From the NCBI GenBank assembly GCA_009103225.1, contig RHPI01003369.1, positions 249,964 through 313,963 of the forward strand: DNA of 64,000 bases, read 5' to 3'. Position numbers and translations under genes: made by a program. Positions 29,085 to 40,124 of this stretch are shown here, one piece after another; the first letter of the stretch is position 1; each line of letters starts with the position of its first letter. The DNA comes from Chlorokybus atmophyticus. Lineage: Eukaryota; Plantae; Mesostigma and Chlorokybus algae. The notes below the pieces were generated by a model, which saw nothing but the letters and a program-made list of their open reading frames with translations, did no database searches and had not been told where the DNA came from.

Positions 29085-31918
29085 TCAATACCACATGAGC
29101 TTTTTGTATCGACAATAAAGCAGCACTGCAAAGGAGAAAAGCACTGCAAATGCTAGCGGTGTAAACAAAATGGGCCAGAAAGCTGGGTTCACCACCTCCC
29201 CATCTTTTTTAGTATAGAAGCTCAGCGGCTTTGCTCTTTGCGTTGAGATGTTCATGGAAAACATTCCGTATGCAATGTAGGGCATGGTAAAGGCACAAGT
29301 AAGTGTTGCCATCAGCACCTGCCAGACCAGTACACGGTTGCTCATGACGGTCCATCAATGCGGTTACGTGGTCAATGCAGCAGACAGTCAGGTATTATGA
29401 AACAGGCGACGGATGCTGGAGAGAAACGTGTGCAGCGTGAATAGCAACGAATGAGCACCTGCAACTTGATTATTTTGTTTCGATGGGAGTCAAGGTATAT
29501 GTTGATGTAATCTTCTGTGTCATCAATGTACTCCTTCACAGCCTGTGGAGCACCAATTGCATCAATGGCATGTGCAGCAAGCGCTCTGCTGCAACAATCA
29601 ACTCAAGTCGTGATAGCGCAGGTGAGCAAGGACGGAGCCAATGAGAACACTTACCTTGAGGATGTTGAACGCTCCCTCTATCTGTGAGAAGTACACTTCA
29701 AGCAGCGCCTCCAAGTCCTGCAACGTTGCCAGCGATAATTATGTGGATGCACAGAATTGCAGACGCAGACAAGCAGCACTCAGCGGCATGCACCTGAATG
29801 TCTTCATGAGCCCCAACCCAGCCAGAGCGCATGCTTCGATGAGAAGGTGAGCGTGGCTGTGCCGGTGCCTGCAACTTTCTTCACAACACAAGCAAAGGTG
29901 CTATCAGTTTGTCTTCTTGTTCATCAAGCAAGTACTTCACAAGCCATACCTGGTCAGGTACATGTCGGCCATGTCACTGTCGTCATCCAGGAGAGCCTCC
30001 AGCTCCTCGCGGACGGTTTCAACCCTCGTGTAGAGACGCGTCATCTTCGTTTTCAACTTGCGCACGCGGTCAAGGTTGTGTGTCGTCACCTGATTGGTTG
30101 AACTACAGGTGTGGCATAATAATGCTACTTAAACAAGGCTTCAATATGTGTGCGTGTGAGCTGGTTATAGATGACAACCTGCTCATGCTAACATGACTGC
30201 AGCATCTAAGTAAGCTGGTGCATACTTCACCGCTGCCACAGTTGGCAAAAGTGCAATGAGCATGTCACTTGCCTGTAATGTCAAAGCATCCAAAGCAGTA
30301 TCTATGCTTTTCTTCAACTCTGCTGCCTGCGTGTTGCTCATGATCAATACACATGCATTGTAATGCGTGCTGTTGGCAACGTGACCCAACAAGTCCAGGC
30401 AAACGACAACAGACAGCATGGAGAGTGATGCATACAACAGGTTCCCATTGCTGCACAAAGTGAGTGAGAATACCGAGCACATGCCTGTGTGTCAAGGGAC
30501 CCGCAGACGGCCTCAAGCACAACTTCAAGCGCGCGAAATTCAAAAGGGAGCTCAGCAGGGGGCCCCTTATCTTCAAGCAGGTGCTTTAAAAGACCTGTGT
30601 CTTTGCGCTCTGACTCCAGAAACTCAAACCCGTTTGCGCTTGCCACACTCAGTAATCGTGGCGGGTACTTCTGCTTGCAGTACAAAACATTAGACAGCCT
30701 GCAGGCTGGTGTTATCATGTTGTCTGCGAGTAAGTGTCAGCTTAAAGTTGTCAACCTGCTCAGGCAATCGCCGTTGCAACTCTTCAACCACTGGCACTAC
30801 CACAGGGTCTGCATGGTTAAGGACAAGCACCTGCGGGTGACAAAACGTCTTTCAAGCGCACATATCTGTAGCTACATGGCAGATACATGTCAGCATGCAG
30901 CAAATGCGTGCGTGAGTAGGCATGACCGGCTGTTGCACTGGACTCACCTCATCAGGTGTGATGATGCATCGCACGTGTTCCATGTTGACAACCAGTGCCC
31001 GCTCGCGGACAAGAATGGTTGACGGATAAGACAAATGCGGGTCAACGGTGCGCAGATCTCTAGCGGGAAGTCCAACCTGTATGTGGATGTCAGCCACAGG
31101 CAACCAGATGACCGACCAGAATGCAAGCCTTGCCATGCACATACATATGGCTGTTGTTGAGCAGCACTCCATGCAACAGTCTTACAAGCGCATGCATGCA
31201 CATGTAGCATGCACGATAAGCAACTTGAATCGCCCTTACTCTGGCCATGATGACATACTTGTCGGCTTCGAGGACTTTCCTGTTTCCATTTGCGTCGATG
31301 CGCAGCCAGGTCCTGGAACCTACTCCCAATTTGCGTGCAAGACTCTGACAGATTGCACATACAAAACCTGTAAGTAGCACTTTTTGATGCCCCGCCAAGG
31401 TGCGACGTGTGATGACATGCATGTCTCAATATGATGGTGAGCTTGAGCACGGCTGTCATGACACACCTAACACTCGTTGTTCAACTCGGAACTTCGTGCA
31501 TGGTACGGAATGTGATTATCCCATGCGTAACTAGCAAAAACCTTTCATTGTGGCATTTCCGTGGTTGCAAGTAGAGCGCATGCGATGCAAAACTTAGATC
31601 ATATCACAACATCCAGAGTCCAATTTATTGATGACACAGTGCTTGGTGGCTGACAACAGGCATGCAGAAGTGCTGCAGCATGAAGCACTACACTTCCGAG
31701 AGCATGTGTTCACAATCTACATCGAAGATGGCTTAAGCCACCAGCGAGAATCCAGCTGTGCGCAATCCTGCTCAACTCCAGCCGCGACCCACCTGCAAGT
31801 CCTTGGACGAGAACACGAGGGGCGGAGGCCGCTGTGTCTCGAGCGACAACGCGGTGGGGGCAAGTGAATGCAGGCGCCCTACCCCTGACAACCCCCCCGC
31901 CGCCCCCGCCGCCGTCAT
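29085..31918 (-). CDS. MRS2: MRS2/CorA-family magnesium transporter, multi-exon
   Basis: [20 protein letters not shown]; [36 protein letters not shown]; [17 protein letters not shown]; YGMFSMN at the GMN-type TM1 position, followed by a second TM helix. TGA at 29085. Confidence 0.92.
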
Positions 31919-31932
31919 CGCCCTACATCGCC

Positions 31933-31973
31933 GCCACGTGGCACAAACGTACGAACTGTAGCCCTAACCCTAA
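31933..31973. promoter_or_regulatory. G-box (GCCACGTGGC) and telomere-like CCCTAACCCTAA immediately upstream of the MRS2 ATG
   Basis: Exact motifs at 31933-31942 and 31962-31973. Function is inferred from plant promoter knowledge. Confidence 0.45.
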
Positions 31974-32006
31974 TTTCTGAGCTCAACCCGGTTCAGTAGA
32001 ACCACC

Positions 32007-32306
32007 TGTAATGTCGGTAGTCACAATAACGGCGGCATAGCAACATGCATATAGCAAGGGTACACTGAGCGGTATAGTAAGGCAGACTGAATTAAGAATG
32101 AGAAAGGTGCCCGCATAAATAGGGCACAACTGTGGCATGTTGCTAATGCGTCTGTATGTGAAAGAGATAAGAAAAGGAATGCATGCTATTGGCTAATGCA
32201 ATATCTATTATGCATTCTAATGAGGCGCGTGGCCTCGCTGTCTGACTAAGAGCATGTCGATAATATGGCGCTAATAAGACCATGTGAATAAGCATGCGCC
32301 GCTACA
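32007..32306 (-). repeat. 3' LTR of the outer element (300 bp, TG...CA)
   Basis: Direct repeat of 45135-45437. Confidence 0.95.
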
Positions 32307-32318
32307 TTACCCCTCCCT

Positions 32319-33720
32319 TTAAACGGAAGAGCTGCGCTCGAAATAAGGCGTCATGTTGGAAACATGCTGAATGTTTTGTGTCTTCCTCCCACCGGGTGTA
32401 TAATCCCTCTTCTCCAGCTTGTATGTGTTGGGACGGGTGCGTTCCAACATAACATAAGGACCGGACCATCTGGGTTTAAGTTTCGCAGTTTGATGAATGA
32501 TCCCATCATGACCATACTTACGTTTCTTGAAAGTCATGCGAACAGTCTTTACAAGGACCTGGTTACCCACAGCGTACTCCACTGTCATGTGGCGGGCATC
32601 ATGATTTTTCTTTTGGCGGTCCTGTGCCGCACGTAGGTTTTCCGCTGCCACCTCCCGCATGATGGGCAACTCCTGTAAGAGTTGCTGATACCAAGCGGAG
32701 CTGTCAATGGCAGGACCGTACGAGAGCAACTGAGCTTGTGGTGGGAGCTGAGCCTCGCGGCCGTACAGCAGACGGAATGGAGTGTGGCCGGTTGAGGCGT
32801 GATGGACGTATAAGCAAATGTCACGGCCCCAAGAATGCCATCCCAATTGGTGTGGTACTCGTTGATGTACTTGGCGATAGTCCTCTTCAAAGTCTTGTTC
32901 ATTCTCTCAACCAACCCGTCCGTCTGAGGATGATACGGTGAAGTAAAAGTTTGAGCGATGCCAAGTGCGGCGGCAACGCGAGTCATAACCTCGCCGGTAA
33001 AGTATGAGCCGCAATCAGATAAAATCTTTTTAGGGCAGCCGTGGCGCTTGATAATGGCGAGGAGAAATGATGCAACTGTTTCAGCGTTGACGGCTGCGAT
33101 GGCCGCGGTCTCTGTCCAACGTGTCACATATTCAAAACATACAATGATGTACTGATTGCCCCCCATTGATGTTGGCAGAGGGCCGGTGATGTCCCAAGCC
33201 AGTAGATCGAACGGCTTGCCGACGGCGATGAGCTGGAGCTCTCCCGCGGCCTTGCCGTGCGCGTCGTTGTGGCGCTGATAGGTGTCACAGCTTCTGATAA
33301 AGTTGTGCACGTTAGCACGCAAGCCGTGCCAAAAGTTCAAGGCGCGGACGCGCTCCAAGGTTTTGTGAAAGCCAAGGTGCCCCATCAGTGGGTCATCATG
33401 GCAGGCTGACAGGTGCACGAGGCGAAAGCGCGCCGGAATGACCAGGCGCGGCTCCGACCCTGCGACGCAAGCGTACAGCAGGTCGCTGTTAGGATTGCCG
33501 TGCAGTACGTACATGAGTGTACCAGCAGGTACGGTAGCCAGGACCCCCGATGCCAGCATGGCGCGCAACTCGCGTAACTTGGGTTCCGTCATCTGGGCCC
33601 GCCGTATCTCAGTAACGCTGGGCAGGTCTGGCCTTGTTGGTCTGAGCAAGGTTGGCGGCGGCGGTGGCGTCTGTAGCGTAGCCAACGGCGGCGGCGGAGG
33701 CAATTGCTCATGCTCGTCAC
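32319..33720 (-). pseudogene. Outer element integrase (HHCC zinc finger, core, GPY module; no chromodomain seen), frameshifted
   Basis: ACHDDPLMGHLGFHKTLERV; AWDITGPL; ILSDCGSYF; SPYHPQTDGLVERMN; KLKPRWSGPY. Spread over two frames. Confidence 0.9.
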
Positions 33721-33785
33721 CTAGGGCAGGTAGTATATAGCAGGTGACCGGCGTGGTTGCACCGTCGGAGGTGCAGCAGACTGTG

Positions 33786-34412
33786 TGTTACGGCAGCAAG
33801 CGAGCTGGGCGTAATACATAAGAACAGAAATAGCCATAATTACCACCATGGTCTTTATGGCTAAGATGGCCAGACCCTTGTCGTAACAATTGGTATCGGG
33901 GCTGACAACCTAAAAGGTCGTGGGCTCGACTCCCAAGGGGGATAGAGCGGCGATTTTTCGGTTGGCAAAGATCCGGGGATGAACCCGCGGCCTTGGGCAA
34001 GCCGCAGGTAGGAAAGACCCGCGACCTTGAGCAAGTCGCGGTTAGGGGACGGCAAGAACGCGACGCGGCATGGCCGGTCGCTAGAACGTTCGCTAGCATG
34101 CGAGCGAGAATGTTTGCCAGCGTGCGAACAAGAACGAGATCGAGGATCTCGAGAACGACAATGCGGGCTGGGCAAGTCGCGTTGAGTCGCGCAAGAGGCG
34201 CCGGCCGAGAGAAGCATTGGTCGAGACAGCTCGGTCGCCCGCGGGGTGGAGGGCTGAGAATCCCTATAAGGATACGCACGAGGGCGTGCTAAGTTCTAAT
34301 GGGGAGGTGTGTTACGGCAGCAAGCGAGCTGGGCGTAATATATAAGAAGAGAAATAGCCATAATTACCACCATGGTCTTTATGGCTAAGATGGCCGGACC
34401 CTTGTCGTAACA
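33786..34412 (+). mobile_element. TRIM (terminal-repeat retrotransposon in miniature), 627 bp, non-coding
   Basis: 103 bp LTRs at 33786-33888 and 34310-34412 with ends TGTTAC...GTAACA. PBS TGGTATCGGGGC at 33891. PPT AATGGGGAGG. 5 bp TSD CTGTG (33781-33785 / 34413-34417). Confidence 0.93.
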
Positions 34413-34673
34413 CTGTGAGATCTCAGCTGGTTTACGCTGAGTGGTAGTGCTTAGGGCGGCCTTGTAGAACAGTGCAGGCAGCTGCACAGGGGCGGCGACG
34501 AGGGCGCCGACGCTGCGGTTGTCCTTATAGGGTTCAGTAGGGTTGTAGGAACCAGCAGGAACGTCCTGGTAGGGCTCAGGAATGAACGACCAAGTGTCAG
34601 TAGAATGGCTTGCAGTAGGTGCAGTACTGGCAACTAACGCTATCTCCCGTGGCTGCGGTGCATTGCTAATGTC

Positions 34674-37330
34674 TTATGTCCATAAGCGTGTCACTCTGCT
34701 TCGTGCTCTGCGTGGTGGCTGTGGCATGTCCGACACCCAACGTGATGCTTGAATGTCCTCAACCATGTCCACCGGTGCACGCGAGAGCGCGTAAACATCA
34801 CCACACAACGTCTTCGGACGGTGTGTGATAGTGAAGTCATAGGCTTGCAATGACAACACCCACCGTGCAATGCGATCTTTGGGTTGCTTCGTGCGTAGGA
34901 GCTGCACCAACACGCTATGATCCGTCTCGATGTACACATCCGCGCCATGTAGGTAGGGATGAAGCTTGTCGAAGGCCCACACCACCGCGAGACACTCGCG
35001 CTCCGTCGTAGTGTAGTTCATCTCCGCAGGCGTTAGTGAGCGCGACGCGAACAATAGGGGCGCATACGCATCATGTGGATAGGAGTATTGCAACAACACG
35101 AGGCCAAGCCCGTAGTTGCTGGCATCCGTGCGCAACACAAAGCTTGATATGAAGTCCGAGAAGTGTAACAGAGGTGCTGAGGCCAGTGCGGACTTCAGCT
35201 TGTCGAACGCAACATGGCAGTCCTCCGTCCAGCTGAAGGTCACGTCTTTGCATACGAGTGCACGCAAGGGAGTTGACACTGTGGCGAAGCCAGGTACGAA
35301 GCGTGCATAGAACGCACACATCGCAAGGAAACGGCGTACTGCTTGTACACCGTTGGGCTCAGGGAACTGGCAGATAGCGGCAGTCTTGTCAGGGTCAGCG
35401 CGTAGGCCCTGTGCTGATACGATAAAGCCCAAGAACTTTAACGTGCATACGGCAAACAGGCACTTCTTCTGGTTGAGTACAATGCCGGCTGCTTTGAGCC
35501 GCTCAAACACCTGTCGCAGGTGTTCTCCGTGCTGTTCGACACTCTTGGAACACACGAGGATGTCGTCTAGGTAAATAACTACAAATGGTAGGTCACGGAG
35601 GATGTCGTGCATCAGCCGCTGAAAAGTCGCTGGTGCGTTGCACAGTCCGAATGGCATTACTGTCCATTCGTATAGTGCAGAGGATGTCTGAAACGCTGTC
35701 TTTGCGGCTGTCTTCGTGCATACGGACTTGCCAGAAGCCCGAGGCAGCATCCATCTTAGAAAATACTCTGTACCCTTGTAGCTTGTCGAACATAGAATCA
35801 ATGCTCGGCACAGGATACTTATCCTTTACGGTCACATCATTCACAGCTCTGTAGTCGACGCAGAACCGTTCGGTACCGTCTGGCTTGGCAGCAAGGACCA
35901 CTTGACTGCACCATTCCGAGGATGAGGGCACGATGAAGCCGTGCTTGAGGACATCTTTGACAAGGTCGACAATGATAAGATCCTCCTGCCGTGAGCGTCT
36001 GTACAGCCTGATTCCTGGTGTCTCTGGTATCAATGACGTGCTGTACGACAGAGGTGCACTCATTCGCATCCGGAGCTGCAAACAGCACCAAGAACTCGTC
36101 CAGCACGGCTGTGATGGCGTTTATTGCATCTGTCTCAGTCAATATCAGTGGCTCGGACTGTGGCTGAGGCTGAGGTACTCTGATTGGTATGGGTACTTTG
36201 ATAGGTACTGGTACTGAAGCAGTGACAGCAGCAGCACATACGGTGGTTGGTGGTGACATGAGCGTCACACCCCCGTCAGAAAATGGCAGTGCTTGCGTAG
36301 ACACGCTGCAGTTGGTGGTGCGCAGCCAATCAGTGCCCAAAATAACGTCAAACAGCTGAGTAGGGAGGATGCGGAAGCGGTAACGTTAAATGTACTGCTC
36401 CCCAATTACTAAGGTGGCTGAGCAGGACGTAGAGGACTCGGCGGTGATGTTACCGTCACCAAATTGTGCTGTGATGCGAGATGCGGTTGTTACTGGCAAG
36501 CCAAGCTGGGTGACAAGCGCCTCAGATACGGAGGAAATGGACGAGCCGGTGTCCAGGAGAATGTTCACAGGTGTGTTCTCCAACAGTCCTTGTACGGTGC
36601 ACACGCCTCTGGCAGCGGCAGCAGAGGCCGTCACAGCTTGTACGTCAAAATGACTTATGAGGGGCGTCTCCTCCCCTCCGACAGCCAGCGTGACGTTCTG
36701 CATGCGTGGACGGCCTGCCAAGCGACAATCATTGGCATAATGACCAGATTTGTTGCAATTAAAACATCTTGGTTCGCCAAGCTCGTTAAACTTGGGCATG
36801 GGACGCTGAGGGGCTTGTGAACGTGACTATGCATGTGACTGTCCACGAAACTGAGGTTGACGTACGGTGCCGCCACTGTGGCGAGGGAAACTGCGTTGCT
36901 GTGTGCGGTTAAACTGAGTATGGCTTCTTGGTGCTACTGACTGGGCATTTAAGGTCACTTTGGGTAACTGACTGGGCTGTAAGTCATTAATGGTGGCTTC
37001 AACTCTCCTTGCCAAACCAAATGCTTCTTCCAAAGTGTTAGCTTGAGTAGTAGCTGCTCTGTCTCTATAATGTGGCTTCACGGTAGCCCAAAACAAGCCT
37101 ATCCTTGTTTTCTCCGTCAAATTATCATCCGCAAACACCAAGGTTTCATTAAAGCGCACAAAATACTCGGTGATGGACTCTGATTCACGTTGCTTCATGG
37201 TGAAAATGTGTGACCAAGCTGAGGATGAAGTAGCCGGAGTAGCCGAGAACGCAAATAATAAAGCATCACGGAGCTTGGACCATGTGGTTTTAACGTCTGT
37301 AGGTTGATTAATTAACCAACCAGCGGCATA
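34674..37330 (-). pseudogene. Outer element gag C-terminal part, zinc knuckle, protease, RT and RNase H; frameshifted
   Basis: MKQRESESITEY; CFNCNKSGHYANDC; ILLDTGSSIS; RFCVDYRAVN; MPFGLCNAPATFQR; YLDD; LRTDASNYG; NYTTTERECLAVVW. Confidence 0.92.
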
Positions 37331-38371
37331 TGTGGTACTTGGCTGACGTGACAGCTTAATGGCTACGACCTTAATTAAAAGACCTTGAAATCCATTGACC
37401 GTTAAGGGTTAATGCGACGAAATCTAGCTACCGTCATGGACTGAGAGTACTTGCAATCTAATGGATTAAAAAGGGTATCTTAACAATGCGTTAAGACCAC
37501 GGAATCCATTGACCATTAAATATTAAGGTAATGGCGTTAAAGTGACATACGCCAATGCAATGAGCAGAGAAGGCAGGAATAGATGAAGTACCATAAAGGT
37601 ACCTCTCTGTCGGAGTTACGACAATGGTAGGTACCATTGGGAACTCCGACCTAGTACAAACCCCGAGGACAGGGATTGTCGAACTATGTCGTGAATCAAC
37701 ATAGGGATTTACGCACTACTAGTTCACTCCTGTATAGGAAGGTTGAACGAAAGTAATGTCGGCCTAGGTTGAGAGTTACGAACATAGGAGAATAGTATTA
37801 TGGGTCGAACTTCGGAATAGATTTCCGATGTTCGCTCAAAAGCGTTGGCACTTCGGAATAACAGTTTTCGAGGGTCCGATCGGGCGTAATGAACTAACAA
37901 AAGCACAGCAACCCCGGAGTATAAAAAGGGGCAGTGCCAAGTAGTCGGCATTCAGTTGTCTTCAGTGGGTGACCAGCGGAGCTCTACTGGAGTGAAGGCT
38001 GGTACTAAGGGTTAGAGTTCTTGGGTGATCGGAGAGAGGCCATTCAAGGGAACGCCATATCAAAGCCTTTCCAGGTACTGAGTGGATCACACTTTATACC
38101 AAGATGGTATACTTGTGATTCCCTTGGTTACAACTCAGTTGTTGTAAGAAAGTTAATTGGGTAGTAACCCTTTTATCTAAGATCAGTTGTTCACATGTCT
38201 CAAGATGGGAACCGTGATAAGGGTTGCATGTTAGTGTTGCATATTTGCAAGGCACCCGCGACTGATGGAATTAGTTCACAAGGCTGATTAGTTCACGTTG
38301 ACAGTTCACTTGAGTTAATTAACAAGTGAATCAACTGTTAGTTCACTGAATGAGATAATTAGAGCCTCACA
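37331..38371 (+). repeat. 5' LTR of the inner element, with TATA-like GGAGTATAAAAAGGGG
   Basis: Direct repeat of 43594-44648. Confidence 0.95.
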
Positions 38372-38448
38372 TTTGGTATCGGAGCCGTTAGATCCACTGT
38401 GCTTGGAGTGGGCTCAGTGAACTAAGACTTGGGTTGTTCCTTTCCAGG

Positions 38449-39707
38449 ATGGGTGATGCCAACAACGCAGCAGCAGTGGCCAACACCAACAACCCAGATA
38501 CAGCCACCATAATGGACATAGACTCCGCTGCCGGGGTGAACTTGCTGCCAGAGACTCCGGTCAGTCCCAATATCGGTGCCGAGCTCAGATGAGCTGACTC
38601 CCGGATGGGCAACGGTTCGTGATGGCTTGGGAGAACCAGTGGGTTCACAAGCTTATGGTGAGGCAGCTGAGTTGCTGCGTCGCCGACTTCAGCGCGATCA
38701 GCATCGCATCTCCAGACTGGAGCTTCACCATGGGCCTCTGAAATCCAATGTACCTATGCATACAGTGGTCGAGAACAATGAGTTGTTGATGGACACTGCT
38801 CAGGCACTGGATTCACAAGTCAGCAAGTATGAGCAGGAGGCCAAAGAGATGAGCGACAAGATAGCTGCTCTGGAGGCCAGACTTCTTGCTCTAGAAAGAG
38901 GGAAGGGCAAATTGGCTATTCGCCCTCCCAAGTTCAACGGCGACAAGGATCAGAGTATCGAGAATTGGCTTCAAGCCATAGTCGCTTACTTCACCGCCAG
39001 GCAGAGTCCGGTGGAGTCATGGGTTGCAGATGCAATCACCTTTTTAGGTGATGTCCCACATACCCTATGGAAAGCCAAGGTGGAAACACTGGCTGAGGGG
39101 AAAGAGGCAGATTTCAGTGAGCTAGAGGCTATGCTGAGAAGCCATTATGCTTCAGTCAATCCGGTAGCTGAAGCCCGGGCTGAGCTGAAGAAGTTGCGCG
39201 AGAAGGGCAATGTTTCGGAGTATGCCCAGCAGTTTCGCTACTGGGTTGCTCGCATTGTTTCAAGTGGAGGCAGCATAGATGGAGAGGAGAAGGTGGATCG
39301 CTTCACCTCCGGCCTCTCCCAAGCTATGAAAGACTGCCCAGTTGTTTTCGAGAATCCTAAAACTTTGGCCCCTGGGAAGGGTCATGAGTTTGATGATTTG
39401 GTTGACAGGTGCCTTGAGATAGCCCGCAACAAAGGCTTGAACAAGCGGGGTAAAGAAGCAGAAGAGGCTAACCCGCATCACAAGAAGGCTAAGGCCGATT
39501 TTGTGAGAAATAAGCCCACTTTTGCAAAAGCGAAACCCAAGAAGGGAGGGCCTCTGGCAAAGGCAGCCAACAAAGCGGGGTATGTTAACCTCACCATTTC
39601 TGGAGCTGAGAAGTTGGCGCTGATGAAGGAGGGGAAGTGCCTCCTTTGTAAGGAAAAAAGGGCATCTGATTAAGAACTGCCCTCAGCGCATCTCTGGTCC
39701 GAAATAG
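38449..39707 (+). pseudogene. Inner element gag with two apparent +1 frameshifts
   Basis: RPPKFNGDKDQSIENW. Removing one A from GAAAAAAGGG (~39653-39662) restores the CCHC knuckle CLLCKEKGHLIKNC, which ends PQRISGPK-TAG (39705-39707). An upstream ATG at 38449 is in another frame. Confidence 0.85.
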
Positions 39708-40124
39708 GATTTTTGGGTAGCTGAGCAAGTGAATAGCACCATAGTTTTGATTTTGGTAAATGAACTTAAGTCAAGATGGTGTAATAAACTGCCTTTTGTG
39801 TGTGATGTCTGTTTGGGAAATGCAATGTATCAACTGCCAAGTGTGATTGATTTAGAACCACATATGAAAAGTGTTCTGATTCATGGGGCTACTTCAAAGC
39901 TTAAAGATCTAATACAAGTGTATTTAGATCAGAAATTAAAGAACCCCGGAATAAAGGCAGTTGTACTTACTCCAACATACAAAGGCAATTGGTTCCCTAA
40001 ACTAAGCGGTTTTACCAAAGTTGGTACCCTGAGCAAGGAAGAATCCTTCAATGGGAAGTCGCTGGTTATTTGGACAGATGAGCTCAGCTACCGAGTGAAT
40101 GAAGAAATGGTAAGTACCTTGTAA
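39708..40124 (+). CDS. Extra domain between Gag and protease resembling a degenerate DNA N6-adenine methyltransferase (Dam-like)
   Basis: In frame with the corrected gag end and with pol. Motif pattern LKSRW..PFVCDVC ... VLIHGAT ... YLDQKLKNPGIKAVVLTPTYKGNWFPKL ... LVIWTD. Recognised from memory, not from a search. Confidence 0.55.
   Translation, partial: DFWVAEQVNSTIVLILVNELKSRWCNKLPFVCDVCLGNAMYQLPSVIDLEPHMKSVLIHGATSKLKDLIQVYLDQKLKNPGIKAVVLTPTYKGNWFPKLSGFTKVGTLSKEESFNGKSLVIWTDELSYRVNEEMVSTL

Noticed and set aside
37724-37951. Minus-strand ORFs 37724-37951 and 43986-44213
   Set aside because: Both lie within the duplicated LTR, so their identity reflects LTR duplication. There is no evidence of coding.
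39645-39675. Programmed +1 frameshift at AAA-AGG-G
   Set aside because: It falls inside the CCHC knuckle and in an A6 run. A 1 bp insertion or homopolymer error is simpler, and gag has another frameshift near 38580.
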